64,000 bases of DNA from Candidatus Cloacimonadota bacterium (GTDB taxonomy: Bacteria > Cloacimonadota > Cloacimonadia > Cloacimonadales > TCS61), in assembly GCA_021735645.1 (NCBI GenBank), contig JAIPGP010000005.1, positions 1,908 to 65,907 of the forward strand. The letters run 5' to 3'. The notes under the pieces were generated by a model, which did no database searches, was not told the DNA's origin, and was given only the letters and a program-made list of their open reading frames with translations. Made by a program: the position numbers and the translations under genes. Positions within the stretch are counted from its first letter, which is position 1; each line of letters starts with the position of its first letter. Below are positions 18,148 through 28,947 of this stretch, one piece after another.

Positions 18148-21100
18148 ATGAGATATTATGATCTGATCAAGAGTGATCTGGATAAATCAGCTTTCTTTCT
18201 GAATTATGACAGTATCCTGCGGGAAGACGTACGCGGCAATTTATTCCATCATCTGAACCGGACAGTGAAAGCTCTTCTGCTGAGTAGAGCCTATTTTGTG
18301 ACGGGTAAGAATGTGCTGATGGTTTGTGCTGATGATAAGCTGGCAGAAGATTTCATGGATGATCTGCAATTACTTGCCGGTAAATCTAATGTGTTTATGC
18401 TGCCCGACTATGAAACTCTTGCCTATGAGCAGCGTTCACCGCATTACACGATCCGGGCAGAACGGATTCGCACCCTGAGCAGTGTATTCCGGGAAAAACC
18501 GGCAATTTATATTGTCTCTATCCGCTCATTACTGCGTAAAATAGTGCCCGCTGAGATATTTTCGCGTTATGTGATCAATCTTAAGCTTTTTGAGACTAAA
18601 AATCCTGATCATCTGCTTTCTGAACTGGTAGGGATGGGCTATAAAAACGAATTTCAGGTAACAAAAGTGGGGCAGATTGCCAGACGGGGCGGGATCATAG
18701 ATATCTTCAGTCCTAATCTGGTGAATCCTGTGCGCATTGAATATTTTGGCAATGAAATAGAATCTCTACGCTATTTCACATTATCAACTCAGCGTTCCTT
18801 TGGCAAAGAACTGGAAGAAGTTACTCTGATCCCTTCGCGTGAATTTTCGCTGCATGACATCGAAGCCAGTCCGCAAATCTGGGAACGCATCCACGACAAA
18901 GGTTTTTATGAAGGTATAGAGCAGGACATTAGTCTGTTATTAAAAAAGACTAGCGGTTTTGCGGAATATTTTCAGGAAGATAAGTGTCTTTTTTTCTGGG
19001 ATGAATATCAGTTCTTTAGTGCTACTTACCGTGAGATCCAGGATGAGACGCAGCAGGCTTTCATTAAAGCGAGAGAAAAAAGAAGCAAGGATGAGCTGCC
19101 GGAGCCGGAGAATCTCTTTTATAGTAAAAGCTATATCCAGCGTTTATTTCAGCGGTTTTCGCATTGTTTCCTGAGTAACAGTTATCAGGAATTTAAGCGG
19201 ATTAGTGTGCAGGTGGAGGTGCCGGTAGCCAGTCAGGTGAGTCAGCAGGGTAATCTGGAAAGTCTGGAGCAGGAATTAGGCGAAAAACTGGATGACGGTT
19301 ACCGGGTGATTATCCAGAGTGATAATAAAAGCCAGAGTAAGCGGATGAGTGATCTTTTGGAGAATCTGGAAGGCAGAATTCATTTTGAGATCGGAGTTTT
19401 TCAGAAAGGATTTATATTAGCAGATGCCCGGCTGGCTATATATACCGACCATGAGATATTTGCCCGGTACCGGCAGCGGACCCGCAGTGCCAGATTCAGC
19501 CGTGAAGAAGCACTGGTGGATTATGAAGCACTGAAACCCGGTGATTATATAGTTCATATAGATTATGGCGTAGGCATATATAAAGGTCTTAGTAAAATGC
19601 CTTCCGGTGGCTCGACAATTGACTGTCTAACTATTGGTTATGCGGATAATGATGTAGTATATGTCCCCACTTTTCAATTAAACCGTGTCTCCAAATTCGT
19701 CAGCGAAGAAGGCAGCACTCCTACTATCCATAAGCTGGGCGGTAAAGTGTGGGCACTTGCCAAGAAACGCGCCAAGAAACAGATAGAAATACTGGCAGAA
19801 GATTTGCTGCAGCTCTATGCAGAGCGGCAGGTGCGGCGAGGCATCAGCTTTGATGCAGACAGCTCCTGGCAGCAGGAGATGGAAGACTCTTTCATCTATG
19901 AGATCACACCTGATCAATTGCAATCGACTAAGGAGATCAAGCGTGATATGGAAAAGGATAGTCCCATGGAGCGGTTATTGTGCGGTGATGTAGGCTTTGG
20001 CAAAACCGAAGTGGCGATCCGGGCAGCATTTAAAGCCGTGATGAGCGGTTATCAGGTGGCTATTCTGGCACCTACCACCCTGCTGGTGGAACAGCATTAT
20101 CACACGTTCAAAGAAAGGCTGGCACAGTATCCCATGCGTATTGCCATGCTCAGCAGATTCCGCAGTAAAGCCATGATAGGTAAAGACCTGGTGGATATGC
20201 ACGATGGTAAAATAGACATCGTGATCGGAACGCACAGGCTGCTTTCCAAAGACATCCAGTTCAAGAAACTGGGGCTGCTGATCATTGATGAAGAGCATAG
20301 ATTTGGCGTCCGGCATAAGGATAAGTTGCGGCAATTAAAATCTAATGTGGATACGCTCTATATGAGTGCCACGCCAATTCCCCGCACGCTGAGCATGTCA
20401 CTCAGCAGATTAAAAGAGATGTCACTCATCCGCACTTCGCCTAAGGCAAGGCTGCCCATCCGCACAGTAGTAGTACCTTTTGATGAAGAAGTGATCAAAG
20501 ATGCAATTAATCGGGAAATAGACCGGGGCGGTCAGGTGTTTTTTGTTCATAACCGGGTTCAGACTATAGACAGCATGGCAGAGAAGCTGCGAAATCTCTT
20601 ACCACATGTGAGCTTTGGGATAGGTCATGGTCAAATGCCGGAAAAGCAGCTGGAAGCTATTATGCTTGATTTTTCGGAGCATAAATTTGATGTTCTGCTG
20701 GCTTCCACGATCATAGAATCCGGCATCGATATCCCGAATGTAAACACTATGATCGTGAACCGGGCAGACACGTTCGGGCTGGCACAGCTTTACCAGATAC
20801 GCGGCAGAGTAGGCAGAAGCAACAGGCGGGCTTATGCCTATCTGATCATTCCAGCCCAGATGACCGATATAGCCCGTAAACGCCTGGAAACATTAACTGA
20901 ATACGAATCCTTAGGCAGTGGCTACCAGATAGCCATGAAAGACCTGGAAATCAGAGGTGCCGGAGCTATGCTGGGCACGAAACAGAGCGGTGCGATTAAT
21001 TCTATAGGCTTCAATCACTATAACCGGCTTTTGGAAAATGCCGTGGAAAGTCTTTCCCAGGGCAAAGGCAAGATTGAATGGGAAGATGAGGAAATTGAAG

Positions 21101-21540
21101 AAAAGCAGGATATTTCTGTGGCTGAAGACTATTATCTGCCGGAGGAATACATTAAAGATGAGCAGGTACGGCTGAATATTTACCGGCGCATCAATACTTT
21201 TAGCACTGATAATGAATTTGATGAATTACCCGGAGAACTGCGGGACAGATTTGGGGAAGTGCCGGAAGTGGTAAGCAGGGCGCTGGAATATTTTCGTTTG
21301 CGCTGGCGGGTTTCGCAAACCAGTATGACAAAGTGCAAGATTCGTGGCAGAAAGATAGTGCTGGAATTTCCGGCTAATAATCTTCCCGGTAGAGCAACAT
21401 TAACCAGTTTAATCGGCTCTATGAACTATCCGGTCAAATTTGAGACTATCAACGATCTCAAGATCACCTTTGACTTAAGCAAAAGCAGCGATAACGTGCT
21501 GGATGTGGCGTCAAAAATAGTGGATTTTTTTGGGAATTAA
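18148..21540 (+). CDS. mfd: Transcription-repair coupling factor
   Basis: AGGAG SD; 1130 aa; CarD-like segment (GDYIVHIDYGVGIY); SF2 helicase motifs (GDVGFGKTEVA, IIDEEHRFG, SATPIPRT, QIRGRVGRS). Confidence 0.95.
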   Translation: MRYYDLIKSDLDKSAFFLNYDSILREDVRGNLFHHLNRTVKALLLSRAYFVTGKNVLMVCADDKLAEDFMDDLQLLAGKSNVFMLPDYETLAYEQRSPHYTIRAERIRTLSSVFREKPAIYIVSIRSLLRKIVPAEIFSRYVINLKLFETKNPDHLLSELVGMGYKNEFQVTKVGQIARRGGIIDIFSPNLVNPVRIEYFGNEIESLRYFTLSTQRSFGKELEEVTLIPSREFSLHDIEASPQIWERIHDKGFYEGIEQDISLLLKKTSGFAEYFQEDKCLFFWDEYQFFSATYREIQDETQQAFIKAREKRSKDELPEPENLFYSKSYIQRLFQRFSHCFLSNSYQEFKRISVQVEVPVASQVSQQGNLESLEQELGEKLDDGYRVIIQSDNKSQSKRMSDLLENLEGRIHFEIGVFQKGFILADARLAIYTDHEIFARYRQRTRSARFSREEALVDYEALKPGDYIVHIDYGVGIYKGLSKMPSGGSTIDCLTIGYADNDVVYVPTFQLNRVSKFVSEEGSTPTIHKLGGKVWALAKKRAKKQIEILAEDLLQLYAERQVRRGISFDADSSWQQEMEDSFIYEITPDQLQSTKEIKRDMEKDSPMERLLCGDVGFGKTEVAIRAAFKAVMSGYQVAILAPTTLLVEQHYHTFKERLAQYPMRIAMLSRFRSKAMIGKDLVDMHDGKIDIVIGTHRLLSKDIQFKKLGLLIIDEEHRFGVRHKDKLRQLKSNVDTLYMSATPIPRTLSMSLSRLKEMSLIRTSPKARLPIRTVVVPFDEEVIKDAINREIDRGGQVFFVHNRVQTIDSMAEKLRNLLPHVSFGIGHGQMPEKQLEAIMLDFSEHKFDVLLASTIIESGIDIPNVNTMIVNRADTFGLAQLYQIRGRVGRSNRRAYAYLIIPAQMTDIARKRLETLTEYESLGSGYQIAMKDLEIRGAGAMLGTKQSGAINSIGFNHYNRLLENAVESLSQGKGKIEWEDEEIEEKQDISVAEDYYLPEEYIKDEQVRLNIYRRINTFSTDNEFDELPGELRDRFGEVPEVVSRALEYFRLRWRVSQTSMTKCKIRGRKIVLEFPANNLPGRATLTSLIGSMNYPVKFETINDLKITFDLSKSSDNVLDVASKIVDFFGN

Positions 21541-21780
21541 GTCATACTCCCCTGCCGGGTATTGCCTTATACCACGAAGTGGTTTGCCATGTATTCAAAC
21601 TTTCCAGTTTGAGGGAAATTCAGAACACCTGAACTCATAAAAGATAACTAAACCCATTGTGCAGTAGTACCTTGCAACTAATATTCTGTCAATTTTTAGC
21701 AGGAATCTTTTTCACACTATTGTAAATCATATGTATTTGGAAGCTTATACGAGCAAATGAATATTTCCTTTTCTTCTCTG

Positions 21781-21807
21781 TCTTCCGCGTTTTCCGCGCC
21801 TTCCGCG
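21781..21807. repeat. Three tandem 9-bp units NNTTCCGCG
   Basis: TCTTCCGCG TTTTCCGCG CCTTCCGCG, inside the 740-bp non-coding spacer. Confidence 0.8.
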
Positions 21808-22132
21808 GTTCAAACTCTTCCTTTTTGGTTCTGGCTTGTCCAGGTTAGGCTTTTGCAAAGAGTCGTATTCCTGATACAGGGACAAGTGCTGTTGGATTTA
21901 CCCATCACAGTTCACTGTTCACTGGTTAAATATTTATTATCACTTTGTAATTTTCTCTGCTACAAGTTCTCCGCAGCTTCAGCGTAGGGGGATGCCAGAA
22001 ACTTGGTGCTATTTGTGAAATCCTACTGCATAATATGGGTTAAAAAAATCCTCATCTGAAAAATTAGCGTATTATCTCTAATGCCAGCAAGTAATTGTCA
22101 GAATCCCAGACCAGGATGCTCTGGATACAATC

Positions 22133-22184
22133 CGTCCACTGCGTCCACTTAGTCCTCTGCGTCCACTTAGTCCACTGTCCACTC
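22133..22184. repeat. Six tandem ~9-bp units containing GTCCACT
   Basis: CGTCCACTG CGTCCACTTA GTCCTCTG CGTCCACTTA GTCCACTG TCCACTC. The GTCCACT core recurs at 22134, 22143, 22152 (variant), 22161 and 22170. Confidence 0.8.
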
Positions 22185-22306
22185 ACCCCAGAGCAACTTA
22201 TATGCAAAGATAAGGTTAAATAACATTATTATCTTCTAAGTTAATTTTATCTTGACTGATCAGATAATAAAAATATAAATTGTCTCATCATTTTTGGGAG
22301 GTATTT

Positions 22307-22786
22307 ATGGAAATATACAGTAAAGTGAGTTGCACAGAATTGCCGGAGATGAAAGTGGTGTCAGCCAGGCGTGTAAGTGAGAATCCCGAGGAAGAGGTCA
22401 TTGAATTTTTATGTAAATGGCTGCAGGAGCGGGGTATTGATCTGGAAAGCCGGCGTGGTTTTGGCTTTGATATTCCGGTATCTGATGAGGAACTTTCTGC
22501 GGGGCTGCGTGGTTATGAGTACTGGATAACGCTTGAGGAGGAATTGTCAGGCGATGAGCAGGTGATCATTAAGACGATTGCGGCAGATAAGTATGCTTTT
22601 ATGCGGATACGCGAGCCTTTTGCCGAACCTTTTGAGCGGATAGGTAACGGCTGGCGGATACTGGCAGGAGAAGCATCTAAACTGAAAGAGACTTGTTCGA
22701 AAAGCGATTATGAGGGCAGATATTGCCTGGAGGAAGTGATAATCGAAGGAGATATCACCTATATGGATTTATATTGCCCGGTGTAA
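22307..22786 (+). CDS. GyrI-like / effector-binding-domain small protein
   Basis: The ATG at 22307 lies 6 nt after GGGAGG. The pattern MKVVSARRVSENPEEEV..FL..WL...G is recalled from the GyrI-like family. The function call is weak. Confidence 0.45.
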   Translation: MEIYSKVSCTELPEMKVVSARRVSENPEEEVIEFLCKWLQERGIDLESRRGFGFDIPVSDEELSAGLRGYEYWITLEEELSGDEQVIIKTIAADKYAFMRIREPFAEPFERIGNGWRILAGEASKLKETCSKSDYEGRYCLEEVIIEGDITYMDLYCPV

Positions 22787-22986
22787 ATAATCCTGTAATA
22801 TCGTTGTTGAAAAATATAATGGCGTGAGCCGAGACCGGATTTGCCCACCTGACAGTCAGTGGTGAACTGAGTAGACAATGCAAACGAAGGTCAATCGACC
22901 ATTCGTAAAGTAATATCTGAAAACAGTTTAAATAGATGAACAGGTTTTTTGTTGACTATAAGTGGAGTAGTAATAAATAAAGCGTT

Positions 22987-24222
22987 ATGAAGAAGTTTTC
23001 AGATTTTATAGCGTTAAGGTATATTCGGGGTCACAGCCGTTTTTTGTTGAGCTTTTCGAACTTATTGAGTTTGATAGGGATCGGACTGGGCGTGTTTTCC
23101 CTGTTAACTGTAATCAGTGTAATGAACGGCTTTGATACTGATATCCGGGAGCGGATAGTGGCTTTTAGAAGTGACGTGAAGATCAGCCGGACAGGCTGTG
23201 AACCGTTATATGAATATGAAGAACTGGTGCAGCAGGTGGAGAAACTGGATTATATCGATCATGCAACTCCGGTGATCAGCAATGAATTATTGATTCAATC
23301 CGCAGATGGCATTTATGGTGGAGTGTGCATGGGTATAGACTATGAGAGCTATGCAGCGAGCACTGATCTGGAGAAGCGGGTGTTGATAGGCCATCCTGAT
23401 GCAGCGAGTCTGGAAGAAAATGGCATTATTCTTGGATTTGATCTGGCGGTAAATTTGAATTTAACCGTGCGGGACTATGTGCAGTTATCTGCTCCTGTAG
23501 GCACAGAGGCGACACCTTTTGGGCTGTTACCTCGCAGCAGACGGATGAAAGTGGTGGGGATATTCAGTTCCGGAATACCTGATTATGATCTGCATTACTG
23601 TTATTATTCTTTGGCAACAGGTCAATATTTCAGTGGTAATGGCATTAGTGTTGATGAAATTGAGGTGCGGACAGAAAATGCTGATAGAGCCTGGTATTAT
23701 CGGCGATTGTTGAGCAGAGAGCTGAGTTCAGAATACATAGTATCAGATTGGAGTGATTATGAGGCAAACCTGTTTAATGCCATCAAAATGGAAAAAGTAT
23801 TAATGATCCTGGTGCTATCACTGATCATATTATTGGCAGGCTTTAATATGGCGGGTAATTTAAATCGTTTAGTAACTGAGAAGAAGCGGGATATAGGCAT
23901 TTTGCAGGCTTATGGTGTGAGCAGCCGGAATATCAGGCAAATATTTATCAATTCCAGTTTTTATATTGGACTAGCGGGTATAGCGGGTGGAATTGTATTA
24001 GCTTATGCTTTTTTATGGTCACAGTTACAATGGCATTACATCATAATTCCGATCAGTGGATTTCCGATTCAGGAATTACCGGTAGATATGCGTATAAGTG
24101 ATTTTATAATCATTCCCCTTCTGGCACTTGTGATCACATTACTGGCTGCCTTAGTGCCGGCAGCGAGAAGCAGATCAGTATCCACGATCAGTATTATCCG
24201 TAACCGGGATCGTGTGGGATAA
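22987..24222 (+). CDS. Lipoprotein-releasing system permease, LolC/LolE (FtsX-type) family
   Basis: N-terminus IALRYIRG...LIGIGLGVFSLLTVISVMNGF, a large periplasmic loop, and a C-terminal FtsX-type 3-TM bundle. Confidence 0.8.
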   Translation: MKKFSDFIALRYIRGHSRFLLSFSNLLSLIGIGLGVFSLLTVISVMNGFDTDIRERIVAFRSDVKISRTGCEPLYEYEELVQQVEKLDYIDHATPVISNELLIQSADGIYGGVCMGIDYESYAASTDLEKRVLIGHPDAASLEENGIILGFDLAVNLNLTVRDYVQLSAPVGTEATPFGLLPRSRRMKVVGIFSSGIPDYDLHYCYYSLATGQYFSGNGISVDEIEVRTENADRAWYYRRLLSRELSSEYIVSDWSDYEANLFNAIKMEKVLMILVLSLIILLAGFNMAGNLNRLVTEKKRDIGILQAYGVSSRNIRQIFINSSFYIGLAGIAGGIVLAYAFLWSQLQWHYIIIPISGFPIQELPVDMRISDFIIIPLLALVITLLAALVPAARSRSVSTISIIRNRDRVG

Positions 24223-24245
24223 AAGCAGAAAATAAGGAAAGTTTC

Positions 24246-24725
24246 ATGGATAAAAAAATTCAAAAAGCAAATGATCTGGCATATAATTACTATCAGGAGT
24301 ATGGAACCTGTTCACAGTGCGTGATAGCAGCAATGATGGAAGTGATGGAGATTGATCTGAGCAATCTGGTAAAATCAGCCCATTTTCTGGCAGGTGGCGG
24401 CTGTTTGATGGGCGAGGGCACTTGCGGTGCTCTGGCAGGCGGCGAGCTGGTACTGGGACATTATTTTGGCAGGGAAAGAGAAGAATTTGCTCAGGGCAAA
24501 TTTAGAGAACGACTGCTGCCTGGCAAAGAACTATGGGAAAAATTCAAACTGGAATTTGGGGGAACAAGCTGTAACTGGTTCAAAGAGAAATATACCGGTA
24601 AACAGTTTGATATGTGGAATAATGAAAATGTGGCAGAGTATAAAAAATTGATGAAGCAGGAATGTGCCACGATGACAGGTAAAGTGGCAGGCTGGATAGT
24701 GGAACTCATTTTGCAGAGTAAATAA
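24246..24725 (+). CDS. C_GCAxxG_C_C family protein
   Basis: CSQCV...GGGCLMGEGTCGALAGGELVLG...C pattern; ~160 aa. Confidence 0.75.
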   Translation: MDKKIQKANDLAYNYYQEYGTCSQCVIAAMMEVMEIDLSNLVKSAHFLAGGGCLMGEGTCGALAGGELVLGHYFGREREEFAQGKFRERLLPGKELWEKFKLEFGGTSCNWFKEKYTGKQFDMWNNENVAEYKKLMKQECATMTGKVAGWIVELILQSK

Positions 24726-24835
24726 CATCAGGCTGATCTGTAAGATGAAAACTGCTAATTGAGTCAGATTTGTTTAGGTCTCAAGATAATATTTCCAGAT
24801 GGCATATTTTTACCAAATATTACCCTATGAGTATT

Positions 24836-24868
24836 GGATATATAGGACCTATATCCTAAAATACCCTC
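24836..24868. repeat. Degenerate copy of the YTATAGGNC 9-bp array; includes a GGATATA/TATATCC inverted repeat
   Basis: GGATATATAG GACCTATAT CCTAAAATA. Confidence 0.5.
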
Positions 24869-25153
24869 TTCTATATTACAATTTCTTTGTTAAGTAATAA
24901 AAAAAATGTCTCCTTCAAAGAAAAATTGTTTGGGGTTATCTTTTTCTACAAATAACAAATCCCAGCCGGGTAGCAAAAAGGTTTATTATCTGTAATATAC
25001 GGAATTGACATTTTCCCTGAAAGTGATAAATTCAACATAAAGATTAAACAGACTCTTAATTCCGGGCGGGTGACAGGTTAAATTATACCTTGACAGTTGA
25101 TTAGGATTTTTTTTTATGCACATAATAGGTAAAGTATAGGAAAAAGGTAGAAA

Positions 25154-26068
25154 ATGGGTATTAAATCTATAGAGGATACTAATTTCAGACTTAAGGTAAG
25201 TTTGAAGCGAAATGTGCTGATAGCGGTTAGTGTTGCGCTGCTGTTACTGGTACTTTTTATGGTATCAGGTATTATATATATACATAATGGTTATCGTGAT
25301 ATGGATAAAACTTATCTGGTGATGGAGGAGAATTCACATCTGAAAGATAAGATAACACATTTGAATAGTGAGATAGACTCGATAATGATCCGTCTGGAAC
25401 TGATGGAGAACTGGGAAGATGACATCCGCTCACGGGAGAATTTCAAAGAGATCAATAAAGAAGTACGTGAGATGGGAATAGGTGGTTTGCCGCAGATAGA
25501 TAATGAACTGCGATTAAGCGACCCGAAAGCAAATCTGGAATACAACTTATTAGTAAACCGGATCAACCATTTACGCAGCAAGGTGGCATTTAACTATCAG
25601 ACGCACGAGGAACTCCACGGCAATTATCAGTTGCGAAGTGATCTGTATCGCAGCACTCCATCAATTTATCCTACTTTTGGGAGGATATCCTCAGCTTATG
25701 GCAAACGCAAGCATCCGATCTCAGGTAAGAAAGATTTTCATTATGGTGTGGATCTGGCAAATAAAAAGGGCACACCTGTTTATGCCACAGCCAGTGGTAA
25801 AGTGACCGTGACCTCTCGAACAGCTAAGATGGGCAGATATATCAAGATCAGTCATGATTTTGGCTTTGAGACCGTATATGGACATTTAGACCGGATACAG
25901 GTCAAGAAGGGTCAGGAAGTAGAAAAGGGTCAGATCATAGGCAGGATGGGCAATACAGGAGACTCTACGGGACCTCATTTGCATTATGAGGTGCATCGTT
26001 ATAATCGATATCGTAATCCGGCGAAGTATTTTATCCAGGAACGCGAGGATATAGCACTAACAAAATAG
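25154..26068 (+). CDS. M23 family metallopeptidase (membrane-anchored, coiled-coil N-terminus)
   Basis: HYGVDLA...GTPVYA...GHL...GQIIGRMGNTGDSTGPHLHYEV. Confidence 0.85.
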   Translation: MGIKSIEDTNFRLKVSLKRNVLIAVSVALLLLVLFMVSGIIYIHNGYRDMDKTYLVMEENSHLKDKITHLNSEIDSIMIRLELMENWEDDIRSRENFKEINKEVREMGIGGLPQIDNELRLSDPKANLEYNLLVNRINHLRSKVAFNYQTHEELHGNYQLRSDLYRSTPSIYPTFGRISSAYGKRKHPISGKKDFHYGVDLANKKGTPVYATASGKVTVTSRTAKMGRYIKISHDFGFETVYGHLDRIQVKKGQEVEKGQIIGRMGNTGDSTGPHLHYEVHRYNRYRNPAKYFIQEREDIALTK

Positions 26069-26076
26069 GGGAATTA

Positions 26077-26970
26077 ATGAGTCAAGACAGGATGCTTTTA
26101 AAGCGTGATATCAAAGAGAAAAAGGAATTAGTCAATATAGAGATGGATCGGTTTCTGCCACGCAAAGATGAATATCCGAAACAGATACATAAAGCTATCC
26201 GTCATTCGCTTTTTGCTGGCGGGAAACGGCTTCGACCCTATCTGTTACTGCACACTTATCTATTATTTGGAGTAGAGACCAAAAAGATATTGCCTGTAGC
26301 AGGAGCACTAGAGATGCTGCATACTTATACCTTGATACATGATGATCTGCCAGAGATAGACAATGATGATTACCGCAGGGGTAAAAAATCCTGTCATGTG
26401 GTTTATGGTTCTGATATTGCCTTGCTGGCAGGAGATTCGTTATTAGTGAGTGCCGTCGAAGCGATCAATTCTGCTGAGATAAATGATAAATTGAAATTGC
26501 AGTTATTGCGTGAATTTTGTATAGAGACCGGTCATCGCGGGTTAATAGCCGGTCAAATGGTAGATATAGAATCAGAAGGTAAAAAAATCAAAGAAAAAAC
26601 GCTCAATTATATTCATACTAACAAGACCGGACGGTTGATCAATCTATCCATCCGTTTTGGCTGTATATTAGGTAAAGCATCAGAAGCAGATACCGAGAAT
26701 ATGCGGATATTTGGAGATAAAATTGGACTTGCTTTTCAGATCATAGATGATATTCTTGATATCGAAGGTGATGAGATCACTTTGGGTAAGAGCACGGGGA
26801 AAGACAGTCAGCAGAAAAAAGCAACATATCCTTCTTTAAATGGTTTGGAAGAATCACGGCAGATGGCAGAAAAATTAATCTCTGACGCTCGGGCCCGTTT
26901 AGTAAGATACGGCGAGAAAGCAATTTATCTTGATCTATTAGCAGAATTTTTATTAACGCGTAAATACTAA
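26077..26970 (+). CDS. ispA: Polyprenyl (farnesyl/geranylgeranyl) diphosphate synthase
   Basis: First and second Asp-rich motifs: [18 protein letters not shown] and FQIIDDILD. Confidence 0.85.
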   Translation: MSQDRMLLKRDIKEKKELVNIEMDRFLPRKDEYPKQIHKAIRHSLFAGGKRLRPYLLLHTYLLFGVETKKILPVAGALEMLHTYTLIHDDLPEIDNDDYRRGKKSCHVVYGSDIALLAGDSLLVSAVEAINSAEINDKLKLQLLREFCIETGHRGLIAGQMVDIESEGKKIKEKTLNYIHTNKTGRLINLSIRFGCILGKASEADTENMRIFGDKIGLAFQIIDDILDIEGDEITLGKSTGKDSQQKKATYPSLNGLEESRQMAEKLISDARARLVRYGEKAIYLDLLAEFLLTRKY

Positions 26971-26978
26971 GAATCATA

Positions 26979-27413
26979 ATGAAGGTTGAGATAAAACTGC
27001 TTAGTGAGGCAGCAAAAAAGCCTCAGAAAATGAGCAGTAGCTCATCAGGTTATGATATTTTTGCAGCCAATCCAGAAGAAATAATCCTGCAGCCCGGAGA
27101 AATTCAGCTAATACCCACCGGAATAGCAATCAGCTTGAGTCCGGGTTATGAAGCCCAGGTACGTCCCCGCAGCGGTCTTGCTTATAAGCACGGCATCGGG
27201 ATATTGAATTCTCCTGGAACAATAGATGCTGATTATCGGGGCGAGATAGGCGTGATCCTCTTTAATTTTGGCAGTCAACCTTTTATAGTGTCCTCCGGGA
27301 TGCGAATCGCTCAGCTTGTGATAGCTCGTTATGAGAACGTGGATTTTCAGGAAGTAGAAGAATTAAGCAGGACTGAGCGTGGAGAGGGGGGATTTGGACA
27401 TACGGGAGTGTGA
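26979..27413 (+). CDS. dut: dUTP diphosphatase
   Basis: [43 protein letters not shown]. Confidence 0.92.
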   Translation: MKVEIKLLSEAAKKPQKMSSSSSGYDIFAANPEEIILQPGEIQLIPTGIAISLSPGYEAQVRPRSGLAYKHGIGILNSPGTIDADYRGEIGVILFNFGSQPFIVSSGMRIAQLVIARYENVDFQEVEELSRTERGEGGFGHTGV

Positions 27414-27417
27414 AGTA

Positions 27418-28323
27418 ATGAATAAATTTGAATTACAATCAAAGATTCTCAAATTAAAAGAAGAAAAACAAGCCATAATTTTAGCACATAATTATCAGAT
27501 TTTAGCAGTACAGGAAATCGCTGATTTCATAGGAGATTCTCTGCAGCTTTCACAAGTCGCAGCAGATTTGAAGCAGGAGTTAGTGGTCTTTTGCGGTGTT
27601 CAATTTATGGCAGAAACAGCCAAACTTCTGAAACCGGAAGCAAAAGTGCTATTACCCGTGCTGGAAGCTGGCTGCCCCATGGCGGATATGATCACCGGCG
27701 AGCAGTTAAGGAGCTTCAAGGCACTATACGATAATCCGGTAGTGGTCTGTTATGTGAATTCTTCTATTGAGGTAAAGGCAGAATCAGATATCTGCTGTAC
27801 TTCCGGTAATGCCCTGAAAGTGATCAATTCGATACCGGCTGATAAAAATATTTTGTTTGTGCCAGACCGTAATCTGGGCAGTTATGCGGCACAGCAAACG
27901 GGTAGGAAAATTGTTTTGTGGCAGGGTTATTGCAATGTTCATGAAAGGATATCGGCAGCAGATGTGAGAGCTGTGAAGGAAAAATATCCGGGATATAAAC
28001 TGATAGTACATCCGGAATGCCGTCCAGACGTAATAGCTCTGGCAGATTTTGCAGCATCAACCAAGGGTATGATCGACTATGTGGCGGATCATGATAATGT
28101 GATTGTAGGAACAGAAACGGGGCTTTATGATCAATTGCAGGCCCGTTATCCTGAGAAAAATCTGGCACCTATCAGTGAGAGCAATATATGTATAAATATG
28201 AAAAAAACGCGACTGGAAGATGTTTTACGGTCACTTGAACGGGAAGAATTTGAGATCACGATAGCAACTGAGATAGCGGCGAGAGCCTTGAGTTCCGTTG
28301 AAAAAATGCTGAGAATAAAATAA
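27418..28323 (+). CDS. nadA: Quinolinate synthase
   Basis: ILAHNYQ...ADFIGDSL...FCGVQFMAETAK...CPMA...HPEC. The in-frame ATG at 27418, just after the dut stop, is preferred over the track start at 27379. Confidence 0.9.
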   Translation: MNKFELQSKILKLKEEKQAIILAHNYQILAVQEIADFIGDSLQLSQVAADLKQELVVFCGVQFMAETAKLLKPEAKVLLPVLEAGCPMADMITGEQLRSFKALYDNPVVVCYVNSSIEVKAESDICCTSGNALKVINSIPADKNILFVPDRNLGSYAAQQTGRKIVLWQGYCNVHERISAADVRAVKEKYPGYKLIVHPECRPDVIALADFAASTKGMIDYVADHDNVIVGTETGLYDQLQARYPEKNLAPISESNICINMKKTRLEDVLRSLEREEFEITIATEIAARALSSVEKMLRIK

Positions 28324-28947
28324 TTGTTAGATTTAAAAAAAGTAAAACCTGTAGAACTTCCCTTTGGCAAAGTTATATACCAGTCATTAACCAGTCAGGG
28401 GATCAGTTCAGATACGGTTTTTCTGGTGGAGACAGTGCTTAGCCAGGAGAATGGCAGCAGTGAAAGCGTGCTGGAGCTGGGTAGCGGGAATGGCATAATA
28501 GCTTTGATGCTGGGTTATTACCGGAGTGGCTGGGAAATTACCGGGATAGAAATTGCAGAATTTCTGGTGCAGATATCTCAGGAAAACAGAGCTCTTTGCG
28601 GTTTGTCAACTGCTTTCAGACAGGCAGATATCAAGGAATATACTTCCGGGAAACCATTTAGTTTGATAGTGAGTAATCCACCCTATCTATCTGAAAATAA
28701 AGGCAGGATAAGCCCTGTATATGAACGGGCAATTGCCAGACATGAGATATTATGCAATCTGGCAGAAATCATGCTGTGTGTGAAAAGAAACCTGAAGAAT
28801 GGGGGAATGGCATATATTTTGAATCTGAGCGAGCGGGAAGCAGAAATCAGGGTATTAGCCGAAAAAGAGAATATGGTTCTTGACAAGATTTACCCGGATA
28901 TATGCAATCAGAAAGGAAAAACAAGTATTTTCAGGATAAGAAAATGA
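28324..28947 (+). CDS. SAM-dependent N6-adenine methyltransferase, TrmN6/YfiC-like
   Basis: SAM motif LELGSGNGIIALML and catalytic SNPPY. The TTG start is uncertain. Confidence 0.6.
   Translation: MLDLKKVKPVELPFGKVIYQSLTSQGISSDTVFLVETVLSQENGSSESVLELGSGNGIIALMLGYYRSGWEITGIEIAEFLVQISQENRALCGLSTAFRQADIKEYTSGKPFSLIVSNPPYLSENKGRISPVYERAIARHEILCNLAEIMLCVKRNLKNGGMAYILNLSEREAEIRVLAEKENMVLDKIYPDICNQKGKTSIFRIRK

Noticed and set aside
21799-21815. tRNA T-arm-like string GCGGTTCAAACTC.
   Set aside because: There is no complementary T-stem, no acceptor or anticodon arms can be drawn, and it is part of the TTCCGCG repeat.
21757-21987. 76-aa ORF in the mfd-downstream spacer.
   Set aside because: Its low-complexity Ser/Ala/Leu-rich translation is generated by the TTCCGCG and GTTCACT tandem repeats. 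It has no SD and no recognisable motif.
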